NCBI RefSeq assembly: GCF_001194135.2
Contig: NC_068982.1
Location: 190,048,280 to 190,112,279 of the forward strand
Direction of reading: 5' to 3'
Source of the DNA: Octopus bimaculoides
Lineage: Eukaryota
DNA: 64,000 nucleotides
Shown here: positions 1 to 13,700 of the stretch, one piece after another
Position numbering within the stretch: the stretch's first letter is position 1
How the letters are laid out: every line of letters starts with the position of its first letter
Made by a program: the position numbers and the translations under genes
Notes under the pieces: generated by a model
Told to the model about the DNA's origin: nothing
Seen by the model: only the letters and a program-made list of their open reading frames with translations
Databases searched by the model: none

Positions 1-545
1 AGTGGTGTCAAAAAGTTCCTGGATTAGTTTTGTAGTGCACCAACAGATGACAGCACATGGTTGTGTGAGAGCTAGCAGTGACCTACATGAGGAGTGTCCT
101 GAGTGATATCACTGTTAGAAAATTACTATTTTTAAATCTCACAATGAGAGATATTCAGCAACAGTACTTTGGTGTAGAGATTATTTGCCAACATAACATG
201 GCAGTCCTGGTTTAGGACAAATGTTGCTGTGATATCAATTATTAAATTTTACTTTGCAGGCTGTGAAATTTGTGTTTTTCTGATCACATGTGTATGCTGT
301 AATCATGAACAGGAACAAAGAGCCAACGTAAAATTTTGCATTAAACTTGGGGAGTCTGCTACAGACATTGAGCATGCTTTGGCAAGTTTATGGCAACAAG
401 GCAATGGATTGAACACAATGCTTTGAGTGTCATGGATGCTTCAAAAGAAGACAATGAGCGATCCGAAAAACCTGCCACAAGCGGCACCTCCAGATTTGTT
501 CCCCAAAGCCAGACACTGAACCAAGAGATTTACTGCAACATTTTC
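1..545 (+). mobile_element. Degenerate mariner transposon, 5' part, interrupted by a MITE fragment
   Basis: TIR-like GGTGTCAAAAAGTTCC at the start; EQRANVKFCIKLGESAT HTH-type N-terminus; later FVPQSQTLNQEIY resembles mariner F(V/L)PxGxTVNxxxY; frameshifts and stops. Confidence 0.8.
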
Positions 546-1036
546 TAGAAACGGGTTCTTCCAGTTCAAGTCCGAAGTTATTTTGTAAATACCTGCTTCT
601 GAAGGGATGTGATTAGGGTGTTGGGCTTACGATCAGGAGGTTATGATTTGTTGCAAATCTGACTGCTGTTTCTTGCAGGTTGCACAACCCCATAGGAGTC
701 CCTCATCTGTTCATATATGAATGCTTCAAAACTAGCTAGAGGTAGACCCAAACAGGTCAGGGATATAAAACATGTATGACATCAGTGAGTAGGGATTAAG
801 GATCACTTTTTAAGAATTCCAAACTAGCAATCGTACAGGTAAGATGGTCAATGGTTATTTTACATTGTTTTAATGCAATTTATATCAGGTAATTTTGTGG
901 ACAATAGCATTGTTTGTTACAGGTTTCTGACTGACTAATTACTGGTACACTGAAGTCTTGTTTGCAACACACACAAGGGAGTGTCAGGAAGAACAAATAC
1001 TAAGAGGTAAGTCTGTTTAAAAGCACCAGTTTAATT

Positions 1037-1413
1037 GGTGTGGCTGTGTGGTAAGTAGCTTGCTTACCAACCACATGGTTCCGGGTTCAGTCCCACTGCG
1101 TGGCACCTTGGGCAAGTGTCTTCTACTATAGCCTTAGGCCAACCAAAGCCTTGTGAGTGGATTTGGTAGACGGAAACTGAAAGAAGCCTGTCGTGTGTGT
1201 GTGTGTAAGTTTGTGTGTCTGTGCTTGAAACCCCCAACATCGCTTGACAACCGATGTTGGTGTGCTTACGCCTCCATAACTTAACGGTTTGGCAAAAGAA
1301 ACCAATAGAATAAATACTAGGCTTACAAAGATTAAGTCCTGGGGTCGATTTGCTTGACTAAAGGCAGTGCTCCAGCATGGCTGCAGTCAAATGACTGAAA
1401 CAAGTAAAAGAGT
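1037..1413 (+). mobile_element. tRNA-derived SINE family A, full-length example with internal (GT)n
   Basis: Pol III A-box TGGCTGTGTGG and B-box GGTTCAGTCCC. Other copies at ~1527-1685(-), 5804-5910(+), 14195-14350(+), 16925-17045(-), 22205-22320(+), 26740-26907(+), 35430-35770(+), 44030-44330(-), 50037-50190(-), 58050-58205(-). Confidence 0.9.
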
Positions 1414-1497
1414 AATTAATTCTTTGTATAAGTAACTAATCAGTACTTTCATAAGATTTGGCTATCCCTGAATGAGGTTTGTAACCTTTAATTGTGC

Positions 1498-1528
<31 letters not shown>

Positions 1529-3315
1529 CGATGCGCTTCTTTCAGTTTCTGTCTACCAAATCTACTCACAAGGTTTTGGTCGGCCCGAGGCTATAGTAGA
1601 AGACACTTGCTCAAGGTGCTACACAGTGGGACTGAACCTAGAACCACGTGGTTGGTAAGCAAGCTTCTGATCACACAGCCACACCTGAGTCTATATAATT
1701 GTATAAAAAAATCAAGATATTTTATGAATATGCACAGGTGTGGCTGTGTTGAAAATTGTTTGCTTCTCAACCACATGCTTATCCATGAAGGCCTCTCCCT
1801 CATCTCCATTCTCTCTGATCCAGCAACCACTTCTTCTACCCCCCTTACCTTTCATCCCCTAACATCCATCACTTCTCTATCAGCTTCTGTCAAACCATAC
1901 AACCCATGCCAGCATGGAAAACGGACATTAAATGATAAGTATATCTAATTCTTTATTGCCCACAGGGGGCTAAACATAGAGGGGACAAACAAGGGCAACC
2001 CCAGTGCATAGCTGGTACTTATTTAATCGAACACGAAAGGATGAAAGACAAAGTCGACCTCAGCAGAATTTGAACTCAGGACGTAGCGGTAGATGCAATA
2101 CCACTAAGTATTTCGCCTGGCGTGCTAACGGTTCTGCCAGCTCACCGCCTTCTTAAATGATAAAGATATCACACACTGTTCTTATCCAGCAAAGCCCAAA
2201 CAACAGAACATGGAATGGTAAGATGGGAATGAACAAATGCTTGTGGGAGGAATGGGAATGTATGTGCAAATAATCCAAACACCCAGTATTTGGTGACTGC
2301 AAATTAAACAGTTCCAACAACTAAATACGAACAACATTCAAGCGCACACAGTTATCCTTCATCTCTCGTCAATATTGGAGGGGGAAGGGGTGGTTGAGAA
2401 GGGATTTATTAAGGGTCTTGCTGTGTCCCCTTCAAAGTAGAAAATATAAATAAACAGCAAACACTTTAAACCTCACAAACACAAGTCTTCCCTACACCAT
2501 TTATTGTACAACTAACACAGCAGTGGATGAATAACTGGAAAGGTCTCAACAACTAGGAAATGATGATGATGAATGTGATGATACTAGTGAGGAGGCGAAG
2601 GTGGGGAGAAGGGTTCTAATAGCAGGATCTCCACTGTATCGATTTTGACTGTAAAATCTCAACATTGTCATTTGCAATGTGAAAAATAAATAGTATGCAT
2701 GCATGCATGCATGCATGCGTGTGTGTGTGCGCGTGCGTGCGCGTATGAATATATATATATACACACACAGACACTATCACATGCATGTATACATATATGT
2801 ATAAATATATGTATATATGTGTGTGATGTATGTTTATATATATATATATATATCTGAATACATCTATATATGTAAGCATGTGTGTGTATGCGTGCAATGT
2901 AGATATAATAAATAATAATAAAAAAAAAAGCAGAAAATGTTTAAATACAGAACAAGGAAGCGGGGGTGGGGTGAAAATATCAATAAAAACATACATATAA
3001 ATAATATAAAGAAAACAGCAATTTCTATTTGTAAAATGTAAAGATATTTTATTTATTCTATTTTATTTCAAAGGAACAAAATTAAAAAATAATTACTCTC
3101 CTACTACTGTTGATAATAATAATAATAATAATAATGATAGACAACAGCCATTGTTCCCTTGTAGTCTAAATTCACCATCTGTTGTTAAAGGCCCCACCTA
3201 CAGTAAATATTATCAAAATTACATGACATCACAGACAATAACAGATTGTCACCTTTTATACAAAAACTCACACACTGGCTTTGTATAGAAAAACATAGCT
3301 TTTTTTTATATACAT

Positions 3316-3354
<39 letters not shown>

Positions 3355-3508
3355 GATAAATATATTTACATATGCATACATACATATCTGTGTGTATGCA
3401 TATATATACATATGCACAAGCATATATGTACACACACACCTATGCACACATACATACATGCATATATATATGTATGTATGTATATACAGATATACACATA
3501 CATACCTT

Positions 3509-3549
<41 letters not shown>

Positions 3550-3954
3550 ATACTTTAATACACACCTATATTTTTTAGCTGTAGATATGTGTGTATATTA
3601 CAGGTGAGAGTGGGTGGCGAGAAAAGGAAAATTTGGGGGTGAAAGGTCAGATGTTCTTCCCTACCCAAGCACCTTAGTTTTCTTCTTTGAAATTAGGATT
3701 TTATAAACCCAATCCCTTACTCACCCACTAAAATAAAACAAAACAAAAAAATACTCTAAAATAAACAAATATGAAAATGTAAACCTTATACAACAACAGT
3801 GACTTACTATAAAGACTTTATTTTGAGGGTTTTATTTTATATGAAGAATTTTTGTTGTTGTTTTGGACCCAGGTCAACACTCATAAGACAGACCTATGAT
3901 CTGAGACATTCCAGGCATGCCCATTCTGTCTTTCCAGGCACATCTGATCATTCA

Positions 3955-4905
3955 TCATCATCACTTAACGCCCGCTCTCCATGCTGGCATGGGTTAGACA
4001 GTTGAACTGGAGCTGATGAGCTGCACCAGACTCCAGTCTGATCTGGCAAAGTTTCTACAGCTGGATGCCCTTCCTAATGCCAACCACTCTAGGAGGGTAA
4101 TGGGTGCCTTTTACATGACACTGGCAGCAACCACAACTACAATTTACAAGTGCCATTTACATGGCACCAGCAATAACCACAGTTCCTGGCTGCTATACAT
4201 ATATGTGCCATTTACATCGTACCATCGATGACCACAGCACATGAATGCTGTTTACATGACACAGGCAAGACCACAACTATGATTTCACTTGGCCTGATGA
4301 GTCTTCTCACACACAGCATATCCCCAGAGCTCTCAGTCACTTGTCATCACCTCTGTGAGGCCCAACGTTCAAAGATCATGCTTCACCACCTCATCCCATG
4401 TCTTCCTGGGTCTACTTCTACCGCAGGTTCCCTCCACAGTCAGAGATCAGCACTTCTTTACACAGCTGTCCTCATCCATTTTCACCACATGACCATACCA
4501 GTGCAGTCGTCTCTCTTGCGCACCACATCTGATGCCTCTTATGCCCAACTCTTCTCTCAAGGTGCTTACACTCCATTGTACATGCACACTGACATTGCAC
4601 CTCCAGTGAAGCATATTAGCTTCATTTCTTTTAAGCTTACACATGTCCTTGGCAGTCATGGCTCCTGTTTCACTGCCATGTAGCATACCTGTTTGCACAC
4701 AGGCATCATACAGAAATCTGCTTTTTACTCTGAGAGAGAGACCCTTTGTTGCCAACAAAGGTAAAAGCTCTCTGAACTCTGCCCAGCCTATTCTTATTCT
4801 AGCAGCTACACTCTCGGAGCATCCACTCCAACTACTGACTTGGTCACCTAGGTAACGGAAGCTATCAACTATCTCGAGAGATTTAAAACTAGCTGTTTTA
4901 CTCAC
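3955..4905 (-). mobile_element. 5'-truncated RTE-clade LINE (ORF C-terminus plus 3'UTR with (ATG)n tail)
   Basis: LEIVDSFRYLGDQVS...ARIRIGWAEFRELLPLL...LYDACVQTGMLHGSETGA...RLHWYGHVVKMDEDSCVKKC, typical RTE C-terminal region. Confidence 0.92.
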
Positions 4906-4911
4906 ATTTTT

Positions 4912-5137
4912 AACCCTTTTGTTACCATATTTCTGTTGAGATACTTTGTGTTTCTTTCAATTAATTTTAAATATAACAAAGAATTTAGTAAAATAACTTA
5001 GTTATCATTAAGCTAGTGCTAGGGACATAAATTGTGGCTAAGATTTGGTGGAAGGTTTTAATTCAAAACTTATGAAAACAAGACATTTGTACAACAGAGC
5101 CAGAGGCTGTTTCAGGCAGGTTGGTAACAAAAGTTAA
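4912..5137. mobile_element. piggyBac-type MITE copy
   Basis: Collinear with 44931-45151; starts TTAACCCTTTTGTTACC, ends GGTAACAAAAGTTAA. Confidence 0.8.
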
Positions 5138-7779
5138 AAGAAAGAAAAGGAAAGTAAGACAGATAAGAATTGAAACAAACGAGAGAGAGTGAGAGGTATG
5201 ATAGACAGAGAGATAGGCAGACAGCTAGCCATAGATAGAAAGAGAGAGAGAGATTAAACAGAGTTAAATTCAACAGGAGAAAGTTGTTTGCTGACTGTGA
5301 TGATAATAGTAATAATAATAATAGATGGTAGAATGTTGCAAATATTGGGAGAGAAGAGTTGTCGGTCAGCACAAGTGGACACTGGCAGCTGGTGGACAGA
5401 GGGACCTATGATTATCTCCACCCAAACCCTAACATTTACCTCTAGGGAGCCAGAAATGAATCAAAGTAGGTGCAGTATGGTGGGGGGGTGGGGATATTAC
5501 AGAAAGGGAGCAGGAAGAGAAACCTCACGGATGGTCCATTTAGAGGTGGGTGGAGGAGGTATGGGGTGGCGGAGGTGGTTCATACAAATAATGAAGGAGA
5601 GGGGAAGGGAGGGGGAAGCATGAGAAAGAAAGAGGTAGAAGGTGGGAGACAGAAAAGGGAAATACGAGAAGAGCAGTGAATTATGTGTGTGTGTGCGTGT
5701 GCGTGTGTGTGTGTGTGACATGCAGAGCAGAGAGTAGAAAGGCTGGAAAAAGAGAGAGTGGTGGTGTATGGCTCTCATCATCATCATCAGGCACAGGCAT
5801 GGCTGTGTGGTAAGTAGCTTGCTTCCCAACTACATGGTTCTGGGTTCAGTTCCAACACGTGGCACCTTGGGCAAGTGTCTTCTACTATAGCTTCGGGCTG
5901 ACCAAAGCTACCATCAAGGGACAAGCGGTGAATCTCTACAACTTGAAATTGCATGTCAAGAGGAAACACCCAGTTTGAGGAGAGGATGAAGGCCAGCTCT
6001 TCCCATGGCAGACACAGTCAATCTTCTGGTGCCAGTTGTCAAAGATGGGGGGGGGGGGGAGAAAAAGTACCTATTCTAAAAACTGGCAATTTACTTAGAA
6101 TTCACAAAGAGACCATCTGCCAGAACCATGTGAATTTTGGAAGAAAAGCATGTGAACATCTGGAGCTGCTATGAAAAATTTATTAAATTTGATCGATTTC
6201 AATTTATTGAACACTTTCCTTTTTATCTGAGCAGGATGAAATTGTCTTTCTAAAAGATTGATGATGATGATGATGTTGGCATACACACATTTGAATGATC
6301 CATTTTAGCCACTTGGTTGAAATGGTCATTTTGTTTCCTTTAAAATCATCCCAAACACAGCTCGTACACCATTTCTTCATAAGGGATTAAGGAGAAGAGA
6401 GGGGGAAGAGCATTAATGCCACAAAAACTCCATAGATAGATGCGTATTTAAGATGGCAAATAAGTGGCAATAGTTGATAAATGACAGAAAAGAAACAGTA
6501 CTAGAACAAACGGATGGCAATAAAACATGGCAAGTGAGATGACCGCAAAGGGAAGAAAGTGTTTATAAAGAAAGTGATAGGAAGATTTAAATGAAGGAAA
6601 ATAGCAGTATGAGATAAGATATTTATTAAAGCTGAATTTAAAGAGATAAAAGCCATAAGTAAGAGGAAAACAAAGAAAGAAAGTAAATTTTATAATTCAG
6701 CTCTTTCTGGAGGAAGAATGTTTTGTGCTAAGAACTTGTAGAATGTTCAGAAGATATCTGTGAAGTACATAATTCCCTAAATTTGGCAAACTGAGTTCTG
6801 AAGAAAAATTTCAGGAATGGGTGAACTAGAGAAAGATCATTTGAACAGCTCCCATGGTCGCTATGGTAGCATAACATCAGACTTACTGTCAAAGGTGGTT
6901 GGGGAGAGGAAAAGAACTCACCACCAACTAGAAGATATATTCAATTTGGCACTCTATGGAGGGACCTGCCCAAATGGGTAAGCAGTACTCCATTTTTAGG
7001 GTGAAGATGGCTCTTTTAGAGATACAACAAATCTTTAAAAGTTAAAAACCTTCTTGAATGGTAGAATGAGCTTACCATTCTGGCCAGCACCCAGGTAGCA
7101 GACACGAAGTAAGAATCTCATCTGAAACCAGGAGGGAATTTAAGATCCAAATGACTATCCAATACAGAGACTCCTTCAAAAGGGTCCTATCCACCAAAAT
7201 AATATAAACAACAAAAATTTCACAATGACGGTGTAAAGATATAAGGGTCATGTTTGAAACCTTGAATAAAACAAATTTGGGATGAGCACTGGGAAGGCCA
7301 TTCATGGTGTGTGGGGTGTGACATTCAAAGAATAGAATGTGGTATTATCAGCAAACACCTCAAGAAAAGACATTATTTTGTCAGGAAAATAAGACGTCAA
7401 ACTGTTAGCACACCAAACATTTTGTCTGTTTTTAAGTTCTGGGTTCAAATTCTGCTGAGGTTGACTTTGCAAGTCATTCTTTTGTTGGGGTCAATGAAAT
7501 AAGCACCAGCAGAGCACTGGCATCGATGTAATCACTTTACGTCCCACCCCACCCCCACAGAAAAGACATCTCTTATTCTTTGATTCTCTGTCTGAAGAAT
7601 CTCTAATAGGAAATATCTTACAGGTTTTCTACTACATGTAGGAAATTGTAATTCTTATTAGCACATCCGAATGTGGGGTGTAACTGGCCCCCTTATGAGT
7701 GCCCCTCATTCATTGGACATTGAACTTTGCTTGTGAAGACCTATTGAGGCAAGAGAAATCAAATCAAAATCACTGACGT

Positions 7780-8260
7780 GGCTGATGACAGTACTGCCTG
7801 ATTGGCACTTGTGTCAGTGGAAAGTTAAAAGCACAACCAAGCGTGATTGTTGCCAGGGCCACGGACTGGATCCCGTGCTGGTGGCATGTAAAAAGCACCA
7901 TTCGAGCGTGATCATTGCCAGCATTGGCACATGTGCCGGTGGCATGTGAAAGACAACATTCGAGCATGGTCACTGCCAGTGCCACTGGACTGGCTCCCAT
8001 GCAGGTAGCACGTAAAAAACACCTTTTGAGCGTGGTCATTGCCAGAACCGCCTGACTGGCCCTCGTGCCGGTGGCATGTAAAAGCACCCACTACACTCTC
8101 GGAGTGGTTGGCGTTAGGAAGGGCATCCAGCTGTAGAAACATTGCCAGATCAGACTGGAGCCTGGCGCAGCCTCTGGTTTGCCAGTCCTCAGTCAAACCA
8201 TCCAACCCATACCAGCATGGAAAGCAGACATCAAATGACTATGATGATGATGATGATGAT
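7780..8260 (+). mobile_element. Family B retroposon (shares 3' end with the RTE LINE; (ATG)n tail; internal ~65-bp tandem units)
   Basis: ggagtggttggcgttaggaagggcatccagctgtagaaac...ccagcatggaaag..atgatgatg is the same as the 3' ends at 3955, 28400 and 58620. About 20 further copies, e.g. 11059-11530(-), 17065-17285(-), 18810-19200(-), 22330-22560(-), 23390-23705(+), 30615-31060(-), 38260-38510(+), 41995-42605(+), 49690-50000(+), 55650-56180(+). Confidence 0.88.
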
Positions 8261-8703
8261 TAGCAAATGAAACGTGTAATGGTGAATAAATAATACCAAA
8301 AACATTTCCAGCCTCCTGTTTTGGTGTGTGTGTGTGTGTTATCTGCTATTGGCACTATCAGGACAATGAGTATTCCAGTTGATCCAATCAACGAGATGGT
8401 CTGCTTGGGATATTAACATGGAAGTGGCTGAGCACTCCACAGACATGTGTGCCCTTATTGTGGTTCTCGGGGAGATTCAGCATGACACAGAATGTGACAA
8501 AAGTCGGGCCCCTGTGAATTACAGGTACAACTCATTGTTGCCGGTTGAGTGGACTGCAGCAATATGAAATGAAGTGTCCTGCTCAAGGACACATGTCACT
8601 GGGAAGCAAAGTCATGACCTTAGAAACACGAGCCTAACACACTAACCACTAAGCCACTGTGCCATGAAATTATTTATATAATTGTGTGTGTTTGGGTGTG
8701 TGC

Positions 8704-8763
<60 letters not shown>

Positions 8764-9785
8764 CATTTGAAGCTNNNNNNNNNNNNNNNNNNNNNNNNNN
8801 NNNNNNNNNNNNNNNNNNNNNNNNNNNNNNNNNNNNNNNNNNNNNNNNNNNNNNNNNNNNNNNNNNNNNNNNNNNNNNNNNNNNNNNNNNNNNNNNNNNN
8901 NNNNNNNNNNNNNNNNNNNNNNNNNNNNNNNNNNNNNNNNNNNNNNNNNNNNNNNNNNNNNNNNNNNNNNNNNNNNNNNNNNNNNNNNNNNNNNNNNNNN
9001 NNNNNNNNNNNNNNNNNNNNNNNNNNNNNNNNNNNNNNNNNNNNNNNNNNNNNNNNNNNNNNNNNNNNNNNNNNNNNNNNNNNNNNNNNNNNNNNNNNNN
9101 NNNNNNNNNNNNNNNNNNNNNNNNNNNNNNNNNNNNNNNNNNNNNNNNNNNNNNNNNNNNNNNNNNNNNNNNNNNNNNNNNNNNNNNNNNNNNNNNNNNN
9201 NNNNNNNNNNNNNNNNNNNNNNNNNNNNNNNNNNNNNNNNNNNNNNNNNNNNNNNNNNNNNNNNNNNNNNNNNNNNNNNNNNNNNNNNNNNNNNNNNNNN
9301 NNNNNNNNNNNNNNNNNNNNNNNNNNNNNNNNNNNNNNNNNNNNNNNNNNNNNNNNNNNNNNNNNNNNNNNNNNNNNNNNNNNNNNNNNNNNNNNNNNNN
9401 NNNNNNNNNNNNNNNNNNNNNNNNNNNNNNNNNNNNNNNNNNNNNNNNNNNNNNNNNNNNNNNNNNNNNNNNNNNNNNNNNNNNNNNNNNNNNNNNNNNN
9501 NNNNNNNNNNNNNNNNNNNNNNNNNNNNNNNNNNNNNNNNNNNNNNNNNNNNNNNNNNNNNATATACATACACACACATGTATGTATATCAACGCATACA
9601 GCTGCATTTCCTTATACATAAACATAACCTCACTGATACATGTGCATACACATTCGCAAACATTTATTTGAATACATGTGGTTGTGTGTGTGTGTCTGTG
9701 TTATAGGAAATGACTGCAATGAGATATTCTGAGGTGAGACCCTTTCTGACCCATACCAGCAGAGAAAACCAAAATAATGACACCG

Positions 9786-9844
<59 letters not shown>

Positions 9845-10208
9845 AGGAGATATACTATTACATAAATGCAAATAACAGACATATATGGATATATATGCAA
9901 CCAGCCCACAGAGAAAGAATGAAGTAGGAGGTTTCTCAACAATAAGTTACAGAGAAATAATTGCCTTATACATTATATATTTATATATATACACACACAA
10001 ACACACATATATACACAGATAGCAAGAGAAAGACAAAGATAGTCACACACACACACACATATATATATATGTAAATACACATGCACAATATACCTACAGT
10101 CATGTATATATATATATGTATGCATACACACAGAACATACACACACATACACATATATATAGTCCTATGTATAAGGGTACGGGGTTTATGTTGTACATTT
10201 TGTGTCAG

Positions 10209-10246
<38 letters not shown>

Positions 10247-11647
10247 TTCAGAAATCCTGTACACACAAGTCTGTTAACACATAATTTTGCGTAAAGAGAA
10301 GTTTGGAATCATCCAAAAAGTTCGGTTTCACCTCATATTTTGTGTTCGACAACACTTCGCTATTAATATCTGTCAATAATAACAATAACAATAATAATAA
10401 CAATAATAATGATAATAATAACCATCCACATCGTTGTTGTCTTTGTAAGTCTTGTAATGTTCATCAAATTTACAAAAATGTTCAAAATATTACACTGGTT
10501 ATTAATTAATGGAATAATAGTCAGGCAATGAAAAAAAAATATAACTTAAAAAGATATAANNNNNNNNNNNNNNNNNNNNNNNNNNNNNNNNNNNNNNNNN
10601 NNNNNNNNNNNNNNNNNNNNNNNNNNNNNNNNNNNNNNNNNNNNNNNNNNNNNNNNNNNNNNNNNNNNNNNNNNNNNNNNNNNNNNNNNNNNNNNNNNNN
10701 NNNNNNNNNNNNNNNNNNNNNNNNNNNNNNNNNNNNNNNNNNNNNNNNNNNNNNNNNNNNNNNNNNNNNNNNNNNNNNNNNNNNNNNNNNNNNNNNNNNN
10801 NNNNNNNNNNNNNNNNNNNNNNNNNNNNNNNNNNNNNNNNNNNNNNNNNNNNNNNNNNNNNNNNNNNNNNNNNNNNNNNNNNNNNNNNNNNNNNNNNNNN
10901 NNNNNNNNNNNNNNNNNNNNNNNNNNNNNNNNNNNNNNNNNNNNNNNNNNNNNNNNNNNNNNNNNNNNNNNNNNNNNNNNNNNNNNNNNNNNNNNNNNNN
11001 NNNNNNNNNNNNNNNNNNNNNNNNNNNNNNNNNNNNNNNNNNNNNNNNNNNNNNNNNNTCATCATCGTTTAACGTCCGCTTTCCATGCTAGCATGGGTTG
11101 GACGATTTGACTGATGACTGGTGAACCAGATGGCTGCATCAGGCTCCAATCTGATCTGGCAGAGTTTCTACAGCTGGATGCCCTTCCTAACGCCAACCAC
11201 TCCGAGAGTATAGTGGGTGCTTTTTATGTGCCACCGGCACGAAAGCCAGTCAGACGGTACTGGCAACAGCCATGCTCAAAATGGTGTTTTTTACATGCCA
11301 CCTGCATGGGAGCCAGTCCAGCGGCACTGGCAATGACCTCGCTCGAATGATTTTCTAACGTGCCACCAGCACAAGTGCCAGTTAGGCACCGCTGGTAACG
11401 ATCATGCTCAAATGGTGCTATTTACATGCCACTAGCACGGAAGCCAGATGGCTGCTCTGACAATGATCACGGTCGGACAGTGCTGTTAGTGCTCCACTGG
11501 CATGGCTGCTGGTCATCGACTATGGTTCAGTTACGATTTCAAGGGTTGATAAATTAAGTACCAGATGAGCACTGGGGTCAATGTGATTGACTATCCCCCT
11601 CCCCACAAAATCCAGGCCTTGTGCCTATAATAAAAGGAATTATTATT

Positions 11648-12130
11648 AGGGCGGTGAGCTAGCAGAACTGTTAGAATGCCGGGCGAAATGCTTAGCAGCA
11701 TTTTGTATGCTGCTACGTTCAGAGTTCAAATTCTACAGAGGTCAACTTTGCTTTCCATCCTTTTGGGGTCACACACTGGGGGTCAATGTAATCGACTAGC
11801 CCCTCTCTTGAACTTGCTGGCCTTTGTGCCTTTAGTGGAAAGGACTATTATTATTATTATAATTATTATTGTCATTATTATTAAGGTGGAAAGCTGGCAG
11901 AATCGTTAGCACATCGGGCGAAACGCTTTGTGGCATTTCATCCATCATTATGTTCTGTGTTCAAATTCCGCCGAGGTCAACTTTGCAATTTCATCCTTTT
12001 AGGGTTGATAAATTAAGTACCAGTTATGCACTGAGGGTCAATGTAACTGACTCATCCCCTCCCCACAAAAATTGCTGCCGTTGTGGCAAAATTTGAAACC
12101 ATTATTATTATTATTATTATTATTATTAAA
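11648..12130 (+). mobile_element. Two tandem copies of tRNA-derived SINE family C with (TTA)n tails
   Basis: Head ggcggtgagctagcagaa...gttcaaattc; core gtcaactttgc.ttcatcc..tt.ggggt. Other copies at ~1950-2155(-), 7410-7560(+), 43040-43870. Confidence 0.85.
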
Positions 12131-12849
12131 GGGCCAGTTTTGGGGGGAAGGTTTCTTTAAACATTTGACAACACTGTGTATAAACGCTGTTTATCCGGTC
12201 CATGATAATTGTCTTGTTTAGTTGAGCTGCATAAGAAATACAAGACTTCATTCCTTTACAGAACAACAATAGACAGCAACAACAACAACAACATTGAGAA
12301 TGGGAGATAATTTACAGGACTTTCTGCGACAATTGTGCATCTAACATTTTTATTTCTTTACAAAGGTAGCAACAACAACAGCAACAACAACAAACACATA
12401 CAGACACATACATTGTCCATTGTGTACAGAGATATGTGGTAGCATACGCAGATACGCATAGTAAAGACTATCTTCAGAGGGAACACACTCACACAAAATC
12501 CAGTGTGTGGGGGGGGGGCGTGTGAGTATTTGGCAATAGTGATAAATATGACACAACGAAGATGCTCTTGAAACGTTCGATTATTAATGATGAGTTTGGA
12601 AAAGAGAGAGAAGAGTGCGAAGGAAGCTGAGTGGAATTAGGAAGGGTTGTGGATAGGGTGTGTGTGTGAAATGCACACGCACACACATGTACACATATAA
12701 ATGCATGTACACATACATACATGTAGATACATATAAATACACATATAGATACACAGGTATATATACATACATACACACACACACACACATATATATACAC
12801 ACAATTGAAGGCAGTGCCTCACCATGGCAGCCAAATGACTGAAACACGT

Positions 12850-12859
<10 letters not shown>

Positions 12860-12899
<40 letters not shown>

Positions 12900-13700
12900 T
12901 TTATATGCATATATATACATACACACACATTTATATGCATATATACATATATATATGTAGATATACACATATATGCATACATATATATACACATACATAT
13001 AGACATACACATACATTAATACATATATATATATACATGTATATATACACATATACATACATATATATAGATACACACATATACATACATATCTATATAT
13101 ACATACATATATACATACATAGGCATACATAACACATACATGTANNNNNNNNNNNNNNNNNNNNNNNNNNNNNNNNNNNNNNNNNNNNNNNNNNNNNNNN
13201 NNNNNNNNNNNNNNNNNNNNNNNNNNNNNNNNNNNNNNNNNNNNNNNNNNNNNNNNTATATACATACATTATATATATACATATATACATACATGTGTAC
13301 GTGTATATACATACACACATGTACATACATACATATATATATACATACACACATGTAAATATATACATATATTCATATATATATACACATACACAAATAT
13401 ATGTACACATAAATATACATACATATATATACACATATATGTATATACATATATATATACGCGCATATATACATACATATATATATATACATACGTATAT
13501 ATATCTACATACACATATATATCTACATACACATATACATATGTATATATATCTACATATATATACCTACATATATATATATATATATATATGTATACAT
13601 ATATATATACACACACATACATACATATATACACACACATAATATGAACAATTACATACATATACATACACACAGATAAACATTTGTATACATGCACGCA
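12860..13700. repeat. Long compound (TA)n/(CA)n/(TACA)n microsatellite field containing a gap
   Basis: Direct inspection. Similar fields at ~2690-2900, 3310-3600, 9560-10240, 16020-16350, 20290-20790, 24130-24400 and 37190-37740. Confidence 0.95.

Noticed and set aside
7780-8100. CRISPR-like regularly spaced repeats
   Set aside because: Units are contiguous tandem repeats inside a retroposon, with no unique spacers and no cas genes, in a eukaryotic context.
8642-9671. Long ORFs of 300-436 aa here and at 26855-28165, 10502-11091, 36312-36792, 47538-48260
   Set aside because: They are open only because N runs are translated as X, with microsatellite flanks; the 47538-48260 ORF overlaps real HLCS exon 3 only at its 5' end.
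10270-10300. NYVLTD resembling the SIM PAS-B end (SVNYVLTD)
   Set aside because: The upstream residues (LLFTQ) do not match HCIVSV, and no other bHLH-PAS exon was found; treated as coincidence.
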